Counted from the stretch's first letter, positions 10,420 to 20,790 are shown. The stretch: 64,000 bases of DNA from Promethearchaeota archaeon (GCA_019058445.1 JAHPZA010000010.1:512001-576000), one strand, 5' to 3'. A program made the numbers and translations. The notes: generated by a model from the sequence alone, not told the origin.

Positions 10420-11535
10420 ATGCCACTTGAAAAAATAACTAATTTACCTAGAGCCGTAACACTCCAATTAACAGAAGCATGTAATCTCCGTTGTAGAATG
10501 TGTTATTATTGGGGTGACACAGGTTGTTATTCTAATGCTGAAGCTGGAATGAAACCAAAAACACTAGAATTTGAACTCTTGAAAAAAGTTATAGATTATT
10601 TAGCCCCTGCAAAACCTTTTTATAGTCTTTTTGGTGGAGAACCTCTGCTATATCCGGAATTAGAAGAATTAATTCTTAAGATAAAAGGTTTAGGTTCAAT
10701 TATAGACACACCGACTAACGGAACGCTGTTAACAGAATTTGCACCTATGATCGTGCGGTATGGATTTGATTCTGTGAGAGTGTCCATTGACGGACCCCGT
10801 GAAATTAATGATTCCCAAAGGGGCAAAGGAAGTTATGATAAAGCGATGGCAGGAATTGAAGCACTTTACCAAGAAAAAATAAGAACTGGAAAACGCATTC
10901 CATATATTGATATAATATATACGATAACTCCTACAAATTATCAATCAATCAAACAATTTTTTCTACAAGAACTCAATCTTTCGGCCATTGATAGAGTATC
11001 AATTCAAATGGAAAATTTTCTAACAGAGGAAATGGGGCAACAATATTCACAATTTCTTAAATCCGAATTCGGTCTCACAAGTGAGAGATATTGGAGAGGG
11101 CTATTACGTTCTCCTGAAGATTTCAAAACAATAGATGTGAATTTGTTGGCAACCCAAGTGAATTCGGTTTGTAAACGCTTAAGTGGTCTTGGAAAGACTA
11201 TTATGCTATTGCCCCCAACTTTTTCTCAAGAGAATCTTTCTGCGTATCTTAAAGCGGATTGGAAAAATATGACTGATCAATATCATAGTTGTTTAGTTCC
11301 TTGGTTTGGAGTAGATATAACGGCTAACGGAGATTTAGCTCCATGTCATGTATTTTATGATCTCGTAATGGGTAATCTGCATGAACAGACTTTTGAAGAA
11401 ATATGGAATGGAGATAATTATCAAAGATTTCGAGAATATATGCTGCAAAATAAATTTTTAAAAATTTGCCGAGGTTGCTGCATTCTTTATCTGGCAGGGA
11501 AGAAAAAAAGAAAAAGAGATCTCAAAAAGCAATGA
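10420..11535 (+). CDS. Radical SAM/SPASM domain protein
   Basis: CNLRCRMC, FGGEP, TNG, VSIDG, CLVPW..GDLAPC..GNL..EIWNG..CRGCC. Confidence 0.88.
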   Translation: MPLEKITNLPRAVTLQLTEACNLRCRMCYYWGDTGCYSNAEAGMKPKTLEFELLKKVIDYLAPAKPFYSLFGGEPLLYPELEELILKIKGLGSIIDTPTNGTLLTEFAPMIVRYGFDSVRVSIDGPREINDSQRGKGSYDKAMAGIEALYQEKIRTGKRIPYIDIIYTITPTNYQSIKQFFLQELNLSAIDRVSIQMENFLTEEMGQQYSQFLKSEFGLTSERYWRGLLRSPEDFKTIDVNLLATQVNSVCKRLSGLGKTIMLLPPTFSQENLSAYLKADWKNMTDQYHSCLVPWFGVDITANGDLAPCHVFYDLVMGNLHEQTFEEIWNGDNYQRFREYMLQNKFLKICRGCCILYLAGKKKRKRDLKKQ

Positions 11536-11550
11536 AAAAAACTTAAGTTA

Positions 11551-11601
11551 GAACCATTTTGAAATTGATTTAATCTTACTCTCATTTCTTAAAATGGTTT
11601 C
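11551..11601. repeat. Imperfect inverted repeat (hairpin)
   Basis: AACCATTTT-GAAA-T-TGA ... TCA-TTTC-TT-AAAATGGTT. Confidence 0.6.
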
Positions 11602-11644
11602 ATTAAAAACTAAAATTTAATATTTACAGTAAATATTTTGCATT

Positions 11645-12331
11645 ATGAAACGAGATGAAGGACTTTTTAATCACTTTTTATTTAATTGCAAGTTAGAATT
11701 AAAAAAATTGCTTAATTTCCCCCATAGAATTACTCGTAGATCTAAGATTAAGAAATATTATAAGACTCATGATGAGATAAAGATCCACTTTGGAGGGGGA
11801 AAAGATAAGTTAGAGGGATTTCTCAATACGGACATTATTGGAAAGATTCCAATTAATATCACAAAAAAATTGCCTTTCCCTTTAGAATCAGTTAATATAA
11901 TTTACTCTTGTCATGTTATAGAACACCTTTTTTATAAACATTTTAAAAATTTTTTAAAAGAATCCTTTAGGGTATTGAAAAAAGATGGAAAGCATATCAT
12001 CATGACTCCATCTTTAACACGCTTAATCAATGCCTTGTATTATGAGGAGGATTTAAAATCTCCTCTATTAAAAGGACATGAAAAATTAGCAGGTGTTGAG
12101 CTTGATCCAGCACTATTATTAAACCGTATGATGAATACTTATTATGGTCATAGATTTATTCATGATTTGGAATCAATAAATCGCGTTGCAGAAAAGATTG
12201 GATATTCTGAAATAAAAATAATTAAGATCCCAGATATCCCTGACGAAATCATAAAAAAATATGCAATTATGAGGGAGAATAAGGGCGAAAGATGGAAAAT
12301 TGAAACAGAAACATATTTACTCATTAAATAA
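11645..12331 (+). CDS. Class I SAM-dependent methyltransferase (type 11-like)
   Basis: IHFGGG, NTDI, LPF..SV..IYSCHVIEH, RVLKKDG. Confidence 0.8.
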   Translation: MKRDEGLFNHFLFNCKLELKKLLNFPHRITRRSKIKKYYKTHDEIKIHFGGGKDKLEGFLNTDIIGKIPINITKKLPFPLESVNIIYSCHVIEHLFYKHFKNFLKESFRVLKKDGKHIIMTPSLTRLINALYYEEDLKSPLLKGHEKLAGVELDPALLLNRMMNTYYGHRFIHDLESINRVAEKIGYSEIKIIKIPDIPDEIIKKYAIMRENKGERWKIETETYLLIK

Positions 12332-12341
12332 TAAAATTAGT

Positions 12342-12803
12342 TTAATAATTTCTTCTATACCCTTCTATTGATTCAAGATAATCTAAAATAGATTCTCGTA
12401 TTTCAATGGCAGGTAATATCTGATGCGACTTCCATACATAATTCATAGCATCACGCCAGCTCCATGAAGGATTTTCTTTTAATAACCACGCGACTACTAA
12501 TCCTCCACTCCGTGATATACCCATTGCACAGTGCACTAAAACCTTCCCTTTCTTTTCTTTAATATGTTTATCCATGAAAGCTAAAATATCTTTAATAAGT
12601 TCATGAGGTGGATATGTATTATCTGGAAATCCTTTATATAAGTAAGCATATCTTCGAAAAGGAGGCATATAATGTTTTTTTTCCATCAAGTTTACAATCG
12701 CAGTAATGCCTTCTTGTTCCAACTTATCAAAATTTAATCTTGGCCAATAAGCACCTATATAAAGGTTCTCAATAACTTTATATATCTCATCCATATCAGG
12801 CAT
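12342..12803 (-). CDS. Dual-specificity protein phosphatase
   Basis: NLYIG, GITAIVNL, VLVHCAMGISRS (CX5R). Confidence 0.9.
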   Translation of the reverse strand: MPDMDEIYKVIENLYIGAYWPRLNFDKLEQEGITAIVNLMEKKHYMPPFRRYAYLYKGFPDNTYPPHELIKDILAFMDKHIKEKKGKVLVHCAMGISRSGGLVVAWLLKENPSWSWRDAMNYVWKSHQILPAIEIRESILDYLESIEGYRRNY

Positions 12804-12932
12804 TAATTAATAAAAAGAATTTTCTAAGAAAATTAAATTTTTTGAGTATTAATTTTAGTAATCATTCTTAAAGCAGATTATAAGATATGAAAATGCAAAA
12901 AAATAAAAAATTGATATTATCTATAAACTTAT

Positions 12933-13319
12933 TTATTGAATTTCACTTAAATCGCGACTAGCTATTATATTGGCACCAGAACCTAAAATATTTTCAATTA
13001 AAATGTCACCGGCTTTTATAGGAGCTTTTATCTGTTTCACAGCAATTTCTTTTACAGCTTCTTCAAGTTTATCTTTCAAAATAGGCACATCCGTTCTAAC
13101 AGGAACTAACGGCAGAAATCCATTTTGAACTCTCATGGTTGTCGTCAAAATCCTTTTTGGTTCATAATATTCTTGTTGTGCATATTCTAAACCTCTCTTG
13201 CATGTATATCCCTCAAAACTGATATCTCCACTCTCATTTTTTTTCACTTGAATTTCACAACCTGTAGGACATACGATACAACGGATCACCCGGACTACAC
13301 TTTGGCTACTTTCTTCCAT
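12933..13319 (-). CDS. DUF1667 / CxxC small subunit of G3PDH-like complex
   Basis: CIVCPTGC, GYTCKRG, P.RILTTT; last gene of the three-gene operon. Confidence 0.85.
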   Translation of the reverse strand: MEESSQSVVRVIRCIVCPTGCEIQVKKNESGDISFEGYTCKRGLEYAQQEYYEPKRILTTTMRVQNGFLPLVPVRTDVPILKDKLEEAVKEIAVKQIKAPIKAGDILIENILGSGANIIASRDLSEIQ

Positions 13320-13325
13320 CTTTTA

Positions 13326-14639
13326 TCAATCCTCCTCAATTAATACTTCAGGTCGAGGTATAACTTCGATTTCAATGCGTTTACAATCCTTATTTAAACC
13401 GATTTCTTCCAAATTTAGATTTAATTCGATCATTTCACTTGGTATAACATAAATTTTCTTTTTTTTATAGATAACTCCATTTTCGTCTTTAAATTGAATA
13501 AGCACTCTTCTATCAGGATATCTTACTCTAAAAGTAAATATGATCTCTTTTGCTATATCACTTTTATTTATTACATCCGGTTTGACGTAATTAACATTTT
13601 CTCCGGCAATACATTTTATTTGTCCGTTCTTTTTTGTATCATTTCCATATCTATTATTAATATAATCAATAGCATAGTTCCCCGCTCGTTTTGCTTCTGC
13701 AGTTACTAAATCAACTAAATCATGTACTTGTAGTACATTTCCGCAAGCGAAAACTCCTTCTATTGTTGTTTCCAAATTGTTATCGACAATTGGACCATTA
13801 TTAGAGGAAAGTTCTGCTCCTGCGTTGAATGTCAATTCATTTTCGGGAATTAGTCCAACAGATAACAAAAGCGTGTCACATTCTATAAATTTATCTGTAC
13901 CAATAACTCTATCAAAATTTCGGTCGACTTTTGAAATTGTGACTCCTTTTATCCTATTTGCACCGTGGATCTTTGTTACCGTATAGTTTGTAATTAGGGG
14001 AATATCATAATCTTCTAAACATTGTACTTGATTTCTTAATAAACCACTGACGTATGGCAGAATCTCAACAACTGCCTTGACTTTACAGCCCTCCCAAGTT
14101 AATCTTCGCGCCATAATCATCCCAATGTCTCCGCTTCCTAAAATCACGTATGTTTTTCCAGGCAACCACCCCTCCATATTTACAAATCTCTGGGCTTGAC
14201 CAGCAGTGTAGATCCCTGAGGGTCTAAAACCAGGTATATTGATTGCGCCTCTTGGTCTTTCACGACATCCCATTGCTAAAATTACGGCTTTTGCTTGTAT
14301 ATTAATAACTCCTTCTCGTTTATTTATAGCAATTAATGTTTTATATTGTTTCTCAGGCGTTCCCGGCTTTATTTCAATAACCATAGTATCAAGTTCATAG
14401 GGGATTTGTAATTTATGAACTTCATTGATAAATCTTTGAGCATATTCAGGACCAGTTAATTCTTCATTAAACTCTTTTAATCCAAAACCATTATGAATGC
14501 ATTGCAAAGTAATACCCCCCAATTCTCTATCTCTTTCTAATATTAATACACCTAGCCCCGCTTTTTTAACTTCAACTGCCGCTGCAAGACCTGCCGCTCC
14601 TGATCCGATTACTGCGACATCAGTTTCATATTTAATCAA
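13326..14639 (-). CDS. NAD(P)/FAD-dependent oxidoreductase
   Basis: GSGAAG, QCIHNGFG..ELTGPEYA, GCRER, GSGDIG, ACGNV. Confidence 0.9.
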   Translation of the reverse strand: MIKYETDVAVIGSGAAGLAAAVEVKKAGLGVLILERDRELGGITLQCIHNGFGLKEFNEELTGPEYAQRFINEVHKLQIPYELDTMVIEIKPGTPEKQYKTLIAINKREGVINIQAKAVILAMGCRERPRGAINIPGFRPSGIYTAGQAQRFVNMEGWLPGKTYVILGSGDIGMIMARRLTWEGCKVKAVVEILPYVSGLLRNQVQCLEDYDIPLITNYTVTKIHGANRIKGVTISKVDRNFDRVIGTDKFIECDTLLLSVGLIPENELTFNAGAELSSNNGPIVDNNLETTIEGVFACGNVLQVHDLVDLVTAEAKRAGNYAIDYINNRYGNDTKKNGQIKCIAGENVNYVKPDVINKSDIAKEIIFTFRVRYPDRRVLIQFKDENGVIYKKKKIYVIPSEMIELNLNLEEIGLNKDCKRIEIEVIPRPEVLIEED

Positions 14640-16108
14640 TCTTCGACCCCTCCCTGTTCCATGTTTTTCAGGATAAAATCTTTTGTTCTTCCTACTAAGA
14701 AGTTAGTATCTTCTCCTCTTTTCGTAACCTCATCATAAGGAATATTTAATTCTCGTGAAAGTATTTCAATCACGCGTGGCCGACAAAATCCACCTTGACA
14801 TCGACCCATCCCAGGTCTACACCTAAACTTCACACCATCTACCGTTCTTGCCCCTACCGGAGAATGAATTGAGTCAATAATTTCTTTCTCAGAAACAGTC
14901 TCACAACGGCAAATGATATTACCCCACGCAGGATCGTCTTTAATTTTTTGATCAAGCTCTTCCATAGTAAAGTCATGAAACCGTTCAGGTTTAGGCCTAA
15001 AAGGATTATAAGTTTCTTTTATTTTTAATTCTTCTCCGAGCAATTCAAGAAAACTTTCGACTTTTTCGGCGATTGCAAAACAGGAAGTTAAACCAGGAGA
15101 TAAAATTCCTGCTACATTAATAAAGCCATATACATCTGTATTGTCAATAATAAAATCATAAGTATCTGGGACAGCTCTAAGACCAGCAAAATTTCTGATA
15201 GCACTCCGTTCTGGGATATTTGGAACCAAACTTCTGGCGCCTTCCAGAATTTCTTTTAATCCCGCCGTTGTAGTTGCGATATCTTTTTTATCAGTAATAT
15301 TTTGGGCATTTGGACCAACAAATGTATTTTCATGAATCGTAGGACATACTAAGATACCTTTTGAGATTTTAGTGGGAGTCGGAAATAAGATTTTATTTAG
15401 ATGAAGAACATTTCGATCGAATAAGATATATTCCCCTTTTCTGGGCATAATATCAAAATAATCAAGACCTACCATTTTAGAAATCTTCCTAGCATATATT
15501 CCAGCGGCATTTATGACATTACGCCCTTCAAATTCATCTTGTTTTGTTTTAACCGTGAAAGTGTAATCAGAATGACTTATCTTTGAGACCTTATGGTTTC
15601 TGAAGAACTTAACACCATTCATCGCGGCGTTTTCTGCCAAAGCGAAAGTCATTTCATAGGGACTTACAATTCCAGCCGAAGGCGCATGCAAAACTCCCAC
15701 AACTTCCTCTGTTAAGCTGGGTTCCATATGTAATATTTTTTTCTGATCTAAAATTATCTCTAATCCGAGAACACCATCCTCCGTTCCTTTTTTTCTATAT
15801 TCTTCCAAAGTTTTTATTTGGTTATCTTCTAAAGCAACCACAAAAGAGCCAATTCTTTTAAAAGGAAAATTTAGCTCTTCTGCTGCTTGAGTATACATTT
15901 TATTACCTTTAATGCATAAGTTTCTTTTGACATACTCTCTTTCAGCAGCATATCCCGCATGAACAACACCAGAATTCGCTTTAGTAGTTCCCGAAGCTAA
16001 GTCTGCTTCTTTTTCTAATAAACATATTTTCAGATCATATTTTGATAAAGTACGTGCGATGGTGCAGCCGCTAATTCCTCCACCAATAATTATAACGTCA
16101 TAGATCAA
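14636..16108 (-). CDS. GlpA/glycerol-3-phosphate dehydrogenase-like FAD oxidoreductase with BFD-like [2Fe-2S] domain
   Basis: GGGISG, TTKANSGVVHAG, SPGLT, ICRCE..GMGRCQGGFC; 4-bp overlap with next gene. Confidence 0.85.
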   Translation of the reverse strand: MIYDVIIIGGGISGCTIARTLSKYDLKICLLEKEADLASGTTKANSGVVHAGYAAEREYVKRNLCIKGNKMYTQAAEELNFPFKRIGSFVVALEDNQIKTLEEYRKKGTEDGVLGLEIILDQKKILHMEPSLTEEVVGVLHAPSAGIVSPYEMTFALAENAAMNGVKFFRNHKVSKISHSDYTFTVKTKQDEFEGRNVINAAGIYARKISKMVGLDYFDIMPRKGEYILFDRNVLHLNKILFPTPTKISKGILVCPTIHENTFVGPNAQNITDKKDIATTTAGLKEILEGARSLVPNIPERSAIRNFAGLRAVPDTYDFIIDNTDVYGFINVAGILSPGLTSCFAIAEKVESFLELLGEELKIKETYNPFRPKPERFHDFTMEELDQKIKDDPAWGNIICRCETVSEKEIIDSIHSPVGARTVDGVKFRCRPGMGRCQGGFCRPRVIEILSRELNIPYDEVTKRGEDTNFLVGRTKDFILKNMEQGGVED

Positions 16109-16315
16109 GTTTTTTTAACCCCCACGATGGAATTTTTCAATGATTTAATATTAAATACCACTATTTTAATTATTAAATTACAATATATCTTTAAAACTTA
16201 TTTGAAGGGAGAATGTTTTCCTATTGATAAGATTAATTTTAAAGAAATTTTTTCTCTAAAAGTTAAGAATTTATTTTATTACATTTTGGACTACGATATC
16301 TTTCCTAAAGGCAAT

Positions 16316-16600
16316 CTATGGGATGAAAAGTAGAAGTAACCAGATGAGGTTAAAAATAATTGTTATGAGGATGAGAACTTTTGTTACGGGATTAAATAAT
16401 GTATTTTTTAAGGATTTATTAATTCTCATTTCAAGATCACCATTTAATAAATTCTCTACAGAGCTGAAATTACTCACTAATTCTTTATTCATGTGGATAG
16501 AGCCTAAAAATCTTGGTTTTGATAAATTATTTATAGAATTGGCGAGTGCATCTGAAGTGAAAAGACCGTTAGGTCTCTTTTTCTTATCAGTTTCTTTCAT
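16316..16600 (-). CDS. Small putative tail-anchored membrane protein
   Basis: 94 aa, soluble N-terminus, single hydrophobic helix at the extreme C-terminus. Confidence 0.55.
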   Translation of the reverse strand: MKETDKKKRPNGLFTSDALANSINNLSKPRFLGSIHMNKELVSNFSSVENLLNGDLEMRINKSLKNTLFNPVTKVLILITIIFNLIWLLLLFIP

Positions 16601-16714
16601 TTTAACTTTTTAAATTTTCTGTATATTCAAGAGAAAGTAATTCTTTTCTTCTTAAATTATTTACGATTGTGAAATATAAAAAACCATAAATCGGGTAAAA
16701 CAGTTAATATTAAT

Positions 16715-17125
16715 TTACCAAAATGCTTTTTGAAACTTCTTTAAAGTGTCTTCTAAACTATCTTCAATATCTTCATTAAAGTTAGCAAAAACGTTTACGT
16801 CAGAATCCCAAGATTCTAAAATAGTTGAATATTTATTAAAAAACTTTTCTGCTATGATCTTGAGTTCTTCTTGCACTCTTTTCTCTTTAACCTTTTTCCC
16901 TGAGTTTGCGACAAATAAATAACCCTTATCTTTATAAATTGTAAATCTTATAGAACTCAGTTCAAAATTAGAAAGTCCTCCTTTAGCTAGTTCAGTTGCG
17001 AATGAATTTAAAGCAGTCATTAGTGCGCCAAAAAGCTGTTCATTTACCTTAGGATTAAACACCCTGCTAAATACTACTATCCCACTTTCGTTAAGAATCC
17101 ATATATCTTGAAGGACTTTTACCAA
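16715..17125 (-). CDS. Stand-alone longin-like domain protein
   Basis: IWILNESGIVVFSR, LFGALMTALNSFATEL, LFV, IAEKFFNKY..W..D...F..F pattern of Asgard longin-fold proteins. Confidence 0.7.
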   Translation of the reverse strand: MVKVLQDIWILNESGIVVFSRVFNPKVNEQLFGALMTALNSFATELAKGGLSNFELSSIRFTIYKDKGYLFVANSGKKVKEKRVQEELKIIAEKFFNKYSTILESWDSDVNVFANFNEDIEDSLEDTLKKFQKAFW

Positions 17126-17291
17126 CTGTATCCCCGCACTTAATTGAGCATTTTATTTATTTTAAAGTTATAAGATGATAGAAATAAAACATTTATATAA
17201 ATTTTCTTTTATGATTATAAATGATAATTAGACACTTAAAATAAGAACAAAGCTCATTTTTCATGGAATTGTTTAGGATATACAGATGAAA

Positions 17292-18608
17292 CTAAGTCAA
17301 TTTTGTGATAGTAATATTATCAATTAAGTAAAGGGGTCCAAAATCGTTAGGCATCCCCCAGGATTCTAAAGAGATAGTCATTTTTGCAATTTCTTTCTTT
17401 ACGTCAACGAGAATAAAATGATAAGCTTCTTCTTTTTCTGCTATAAAATCATAATTATAAACAGAATATAAAGGGGCCCCAGCACCACCTGTGACTATAT
17501 AGATTGAATCATTTAAGTTTGTATAATTATATTGTTCTGAATTATCATAATCATCTAACTTACTAGAATTAATCATAGGATAACTGCGCTCATAGTGATG
17601 ATTATGTCCACATAAAATAAGAGAAACATTATATTTATCAAAGAGCGGCTTCCAATGTTCTTGATGGTAGTCAGAAGATCTACTCGTGTGCAATAAGGGA
17701 TGATGCAAAAACACAAAATTGAAAGTATTTTCTTGAGATAGCTGAATTAGGGTTTGGTTTAGCCAATTTGTTTGATCATCATCGCCTACAGTATAATCAT
17801 TTGAATTAAGAATAATAAAACCTACTCCTCCATAATTAAAGTAGTAATAACGTTCAGTGTCAGTGCCATACATAAGTAGATTATTATACATCTTAGTAGA
17901 CAAGCCACCTTCATGATTACCCTCAACGTATACTCCTTGTTTATAAGCAGTTAAAGCTTCTGTATCATCAAAATATTCATTCCATTCATTTTGTTCTGTG
18001 CCTATTTCTACTATATCTCCCGTATGAACAATGAACTCGAAATTATTTCTAAATGATGCCATTATTTTTTCTACTAAAGTTCTTCGTTCAAGCCTCTGTG
18101 TTCTACTATCTCCATAAACTAAGAAGGATATATTTGATATGTCTCTATTTGCTAATGTAGTAAAGTTCATGATTTCTCGTTTAGTAATATTGTCTGAACG
18201 CACTTGATAATGATAAGTAGTATTGGGCGATAAATTAACAAGTTCAGCATAATAAATATAAGTGGAACTTGTGAGTTGCGTAGAGTTTGGTGTGATTTCT
18301 GTAGCTGAAGACAAATCTGCACTCATAGAATATGATAATTTTGGTTCTGTTGCGTTTTTTTCCGTATACCAAGAAATTACAATCGAATCATTATAGTTAT
18401 AAATAAAAGTTAACCTTATTCCTTTTGGTGTAAGCGTTAAGGGTGATAAAATTATTGAGTCTGAATCATCATCATTACTAGAATTAGATTTTGAATGTGT
18501 TTCATTTAAAATTGTTATATAATAAATTGTAGAAAAAATTAATAAAAAAGAGATAAATCCAATAGCGATTATTTTTTTTAATCTCGTAGGACTAACTGAA
18601 ACATTCAA
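17292..18608 (-). CDS. Membrane-anchored purple acid phosphatase-like metallophosphoesterase with FN3-like domain
   Basis: N-terminal TM; L.PNTTY.Y.V; GDS, HTGD, GNHE, HHP, GHNHHYERS. Confidence 0.88.
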   Translation of the reverse strand: MNVSVSPTRLKKIIAIGFISFLLIFSTIYYITILNETHSKSNSSNDDDSDSIILSPLTLTPKGIRLTFIYNYNDSIVISWYTEKNATEPKLSYSMSADLSSATEITPNSTQLTSSTYIYYAELVNLSPNTTYHYQVRSDNITKREIMNFTTLANRDISNISFLVYGDSRTQRLERRTLVEKIMASFRNNFEFIVHTGDIVEIGTEQNEWNEYFDDTEALTAYKQGVYVEGNHEGGLSTKMYNNLLMYGTDTERYYYFNYGGVGFIILNSNDYTVGDDDQTNWLNQTLIQLSQENTFNFVFLHHPLLHTSRSSDYHQEHWKPLFDKYNVSLILCGHNHHYERSYPMINSSKLDDYDNSEQYNYTNLNDSIYIVTGGAGAPLYSVYNYDFIAEKEEAYHFILVDVKKEIAKMTISLESWGMPNDFGPLYLIDNITITKLT

Positions 18609-18754
18609 ATTTATCTATTCATACCAAACTTATCACTTCTTAAAAATTTATGCGCTAATTTTTTTAACCACGAAATAGAATAAATTTATTTTCAATTATA
18701 TATTAGCCTCTACTTTAAGGTTGAAAAAAAAATAAGAAGTTTAATCACAAATTT

Positions 18755-19501
18755 TCACTCTTCGGTTGCTTTAGGGCGAATATACCCAAGGTAAGCTCCT
18801 AAGAATCCAATAACAACGAAACTCCATGCTAAATAATAGAATATTGTAAAACCTTGACTTCCCATGATAATTGTTATACGGTCGATTAAAACGAATATAA
18901 ATGTTAAAATGAAGCTAAGATTCATAATTGCCAATGATAGAAATGCCCTTTTATACATAGGATCGTTAACAGTCTTATAAGCACTTATTAATCTAATAGT
19001 GAAGGAAATGTAAATTACACCCATAAATATTAAAATATTTAAAAAATTAATCGCATCCAATAATGTGTTCCCACGTTCATAGATAAAAATTGTAAAGAAT
19101 ATAACATAGCTTCCAAATACAAAAACTAGGATTCTTTGATTTTTGTTATAATCTTTCTCAAAGACCCCTACTTTTAAGAAGTAGGAGTAGATTACAGAGA
19201 TGGTTACGAATAAAATAGTAATTCTAAAGTCTACAATCCTAAAAAGAAACCAATTTAAAGGTGTATTTGGGAATTTAACATTAGGTTGATTATACACATA
19301 ATCAATATCAGTAGTGAGTACAATTATTTTTGAAATCCAAGCGAATACTATTGCGATTACCATGCTAATAAAGATTATAAATAAGTATAATGTGAGTTGA
19401 TGTCTCTTAATCAAATACTTTCTAAGTATTAACCATGAAATAATAGCTCCAATTATTGAAACTATCATTTCAAAAATCATTCCTACAAAAACGGGGTTCA
19501 T
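18755..19501 (-). CDS. Seven-TM membrane protein, function unknown
   Basis: Seven hydrophobic segments, no soluble domain. Confidence 0.7.
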   Translation of the reverse strand: MNPVFVGMIFEMIVSIIGAIISWLILRKYLIKRHQLTLYLFIIFISMVIAIVFAWISKIIVLTTDIDYVYNQPNVKFPNTPLNWFLFRIVDFRITILFVTISVIYSYFLKVGVFEKDYNKNQRILVFVFGSYVIFFTIFIYERGNTLLDAINFLNILIFMGVIYISFTIRLISAYKTVNDPMYKRAFLSLAIMNLSFILTFIFVLIDRITIIMGSQGFTIFYYLAWSFVVIGFLGAYLGYIRPKATEE

Positions 19502-19616
19502 AGATTGACTATAATAGATTTTTTATTTAAAATTTTTTATTTTTCTTTATGTGCTTCGTATTTCAATTTGATATTTTAAAAAAATATTTAAGTTTAAAAG
19601 GAGAATAAATGTTATT

Positions 19617-20465
19617 ATGAAGTTAGATTATGATGAAAAGTTCATAATTGTAATAACGCTTTTTTTTGCGCCCGTCGTAGTTATTTCAACAATAGTACAT
19701 CATTTGTTTCCGGAGGTTTTAGGAGTTCCAAATGTTCTCGGACCATACTTTATTGAACCGATATGGGTAGACTTAGTGATAGAGGATTTAATTACCGCAA
19801 TTTTGGCAGCTATAGTAGTATATCACGGAATTAAAACGCAAGGGAAATACAAAACTATGTGCTTTCTTTATGGAGCGATTATATTTGCTGGTCTTGAAGA
19901 AATACAATGGATATTGCTAGGCAGATTCAATCTTACACCAACTGAGACATACTTTTTTACGAGAGGAGGATTATGGTTTGTTGCAATTCCTATTTATACT
20001 TGCTTGAGCTGGTTTATACTTGCCTGGTGCTGTAATTACGTATCGGAAGTGATTTTTCCGAACAAGAACTATATGTTTCACGCTTTTATTGCAGGAATTA
20101 TAGCAGTTTCCCTCGATCTCTGGATAGATCCTGTAATGGTTAATCTTGGTTCTGCTTCAATATATTCCAATTCCGCTGGAATGTGGGTGTGGTCAGGAGA
20201 TCCAAAAGATACATTTTCTGTCTTTTCAATACCATTCTTCAATTTTGTAGGCTGGTTCTTAGTAATAATGTTATTTTTAATTCTTTATGGTTATGCCTTA
20301 AATGATAAAAAGATTGAAATACAGGGCAAAACAAAATCCGCTCTCATTTTCTTCGGATTGATCCCAGTGTTCATAGCAATCACTACTAGTATTCTTTATT
20401 TGGCAAGTGCATTTACTCCTCCTTTTTTAATCGGAGTTGATGTAATCCCTATTAAATTATTGTGA
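19617..20465 (+). CDS. CruF-like (carotenoid biosynthesis family, DUF422) membrane protein
   Basis: AIP...LSW, DLWIDP, MWVW, IPFFNFVGWF motifs. Confidence 0.7.
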   Translation: MKLDYDEKFIIVITLFFAPVVVISTIVHHLFPEVLGVPNVLGPYFIEPIWVDLVIEDLITAILAAIVVYHGIKTQGKYKTMCFLYGAIIFAGLEEIQWILLGRFNLTPTETYFFTRGGLWFVAIPIYTCLSWFILAWCCNYVSEVIFPNKNYMFHAFIAGIIAVSLDLWIDPVMVNLGSASIYSNSAGMWVWSGDPKDTFSVFSIPFFNFVGWFLVIMLFLILYGYALNDKKIEIQGKTKSALIFFGLIPVFIAITTSILYLASAFTPPFLIGVDVIPIKLL

Positions 20466-20478
20466 AAAGGAGATAATA

Positions 20479-20670
20479 ATGAAAAAAAATGAAAAATATA
20501 TTCCTATCGTTATTTTAATCATATTTTATTTAAACGTGTTAAGAAGCGCAGTTGATGTAGCAATCGCCCAAAACAACATTTCCTTCATTATTTTAGGAAT
20601 TACTGCTCCAATACCGTTCCTTATTGCCATATTCATTGCTTTCATAAAGCTCATTAAAAAAGAGAATTAA
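20479..20670 (+). CDS. Small two-TM protein
   Basis: 63 aa, AGGAG upstream, 13 bp after preceding stop. Confidence 0.6.
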   Translation: MKKNEKYIPIVILIIFYLNVLRSAVDVAIAQNNISFIILGITAPIPFLIAIFIAFIKLIKKEN

Positions 20671-20790
20671 TAATGAATCTTATATTTAAAATAATTAAGT
20701 TTTTTATTATTGAACCGTGAAGAGATTGACTTGGAAAAATCAAAACACCATTTGAATTAAAAAGAGATTAGAGATCAAAGATAAAAAAAA

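Noticed and set aside
11533-11605. Selenocysteine readthrough of the radical SAM TGA with the hairpin acting as SECIS
   Set aside because: The frame closes four codons later, the TGA is not at a Cys-like position, and the hairpin lacks the paired AUGA/GA core
16127-16613. Plus-strand ORFs 16127-16333 and 16323-16613
   Set aside because: Low-complexity AT-rich or antisense frames with no motif
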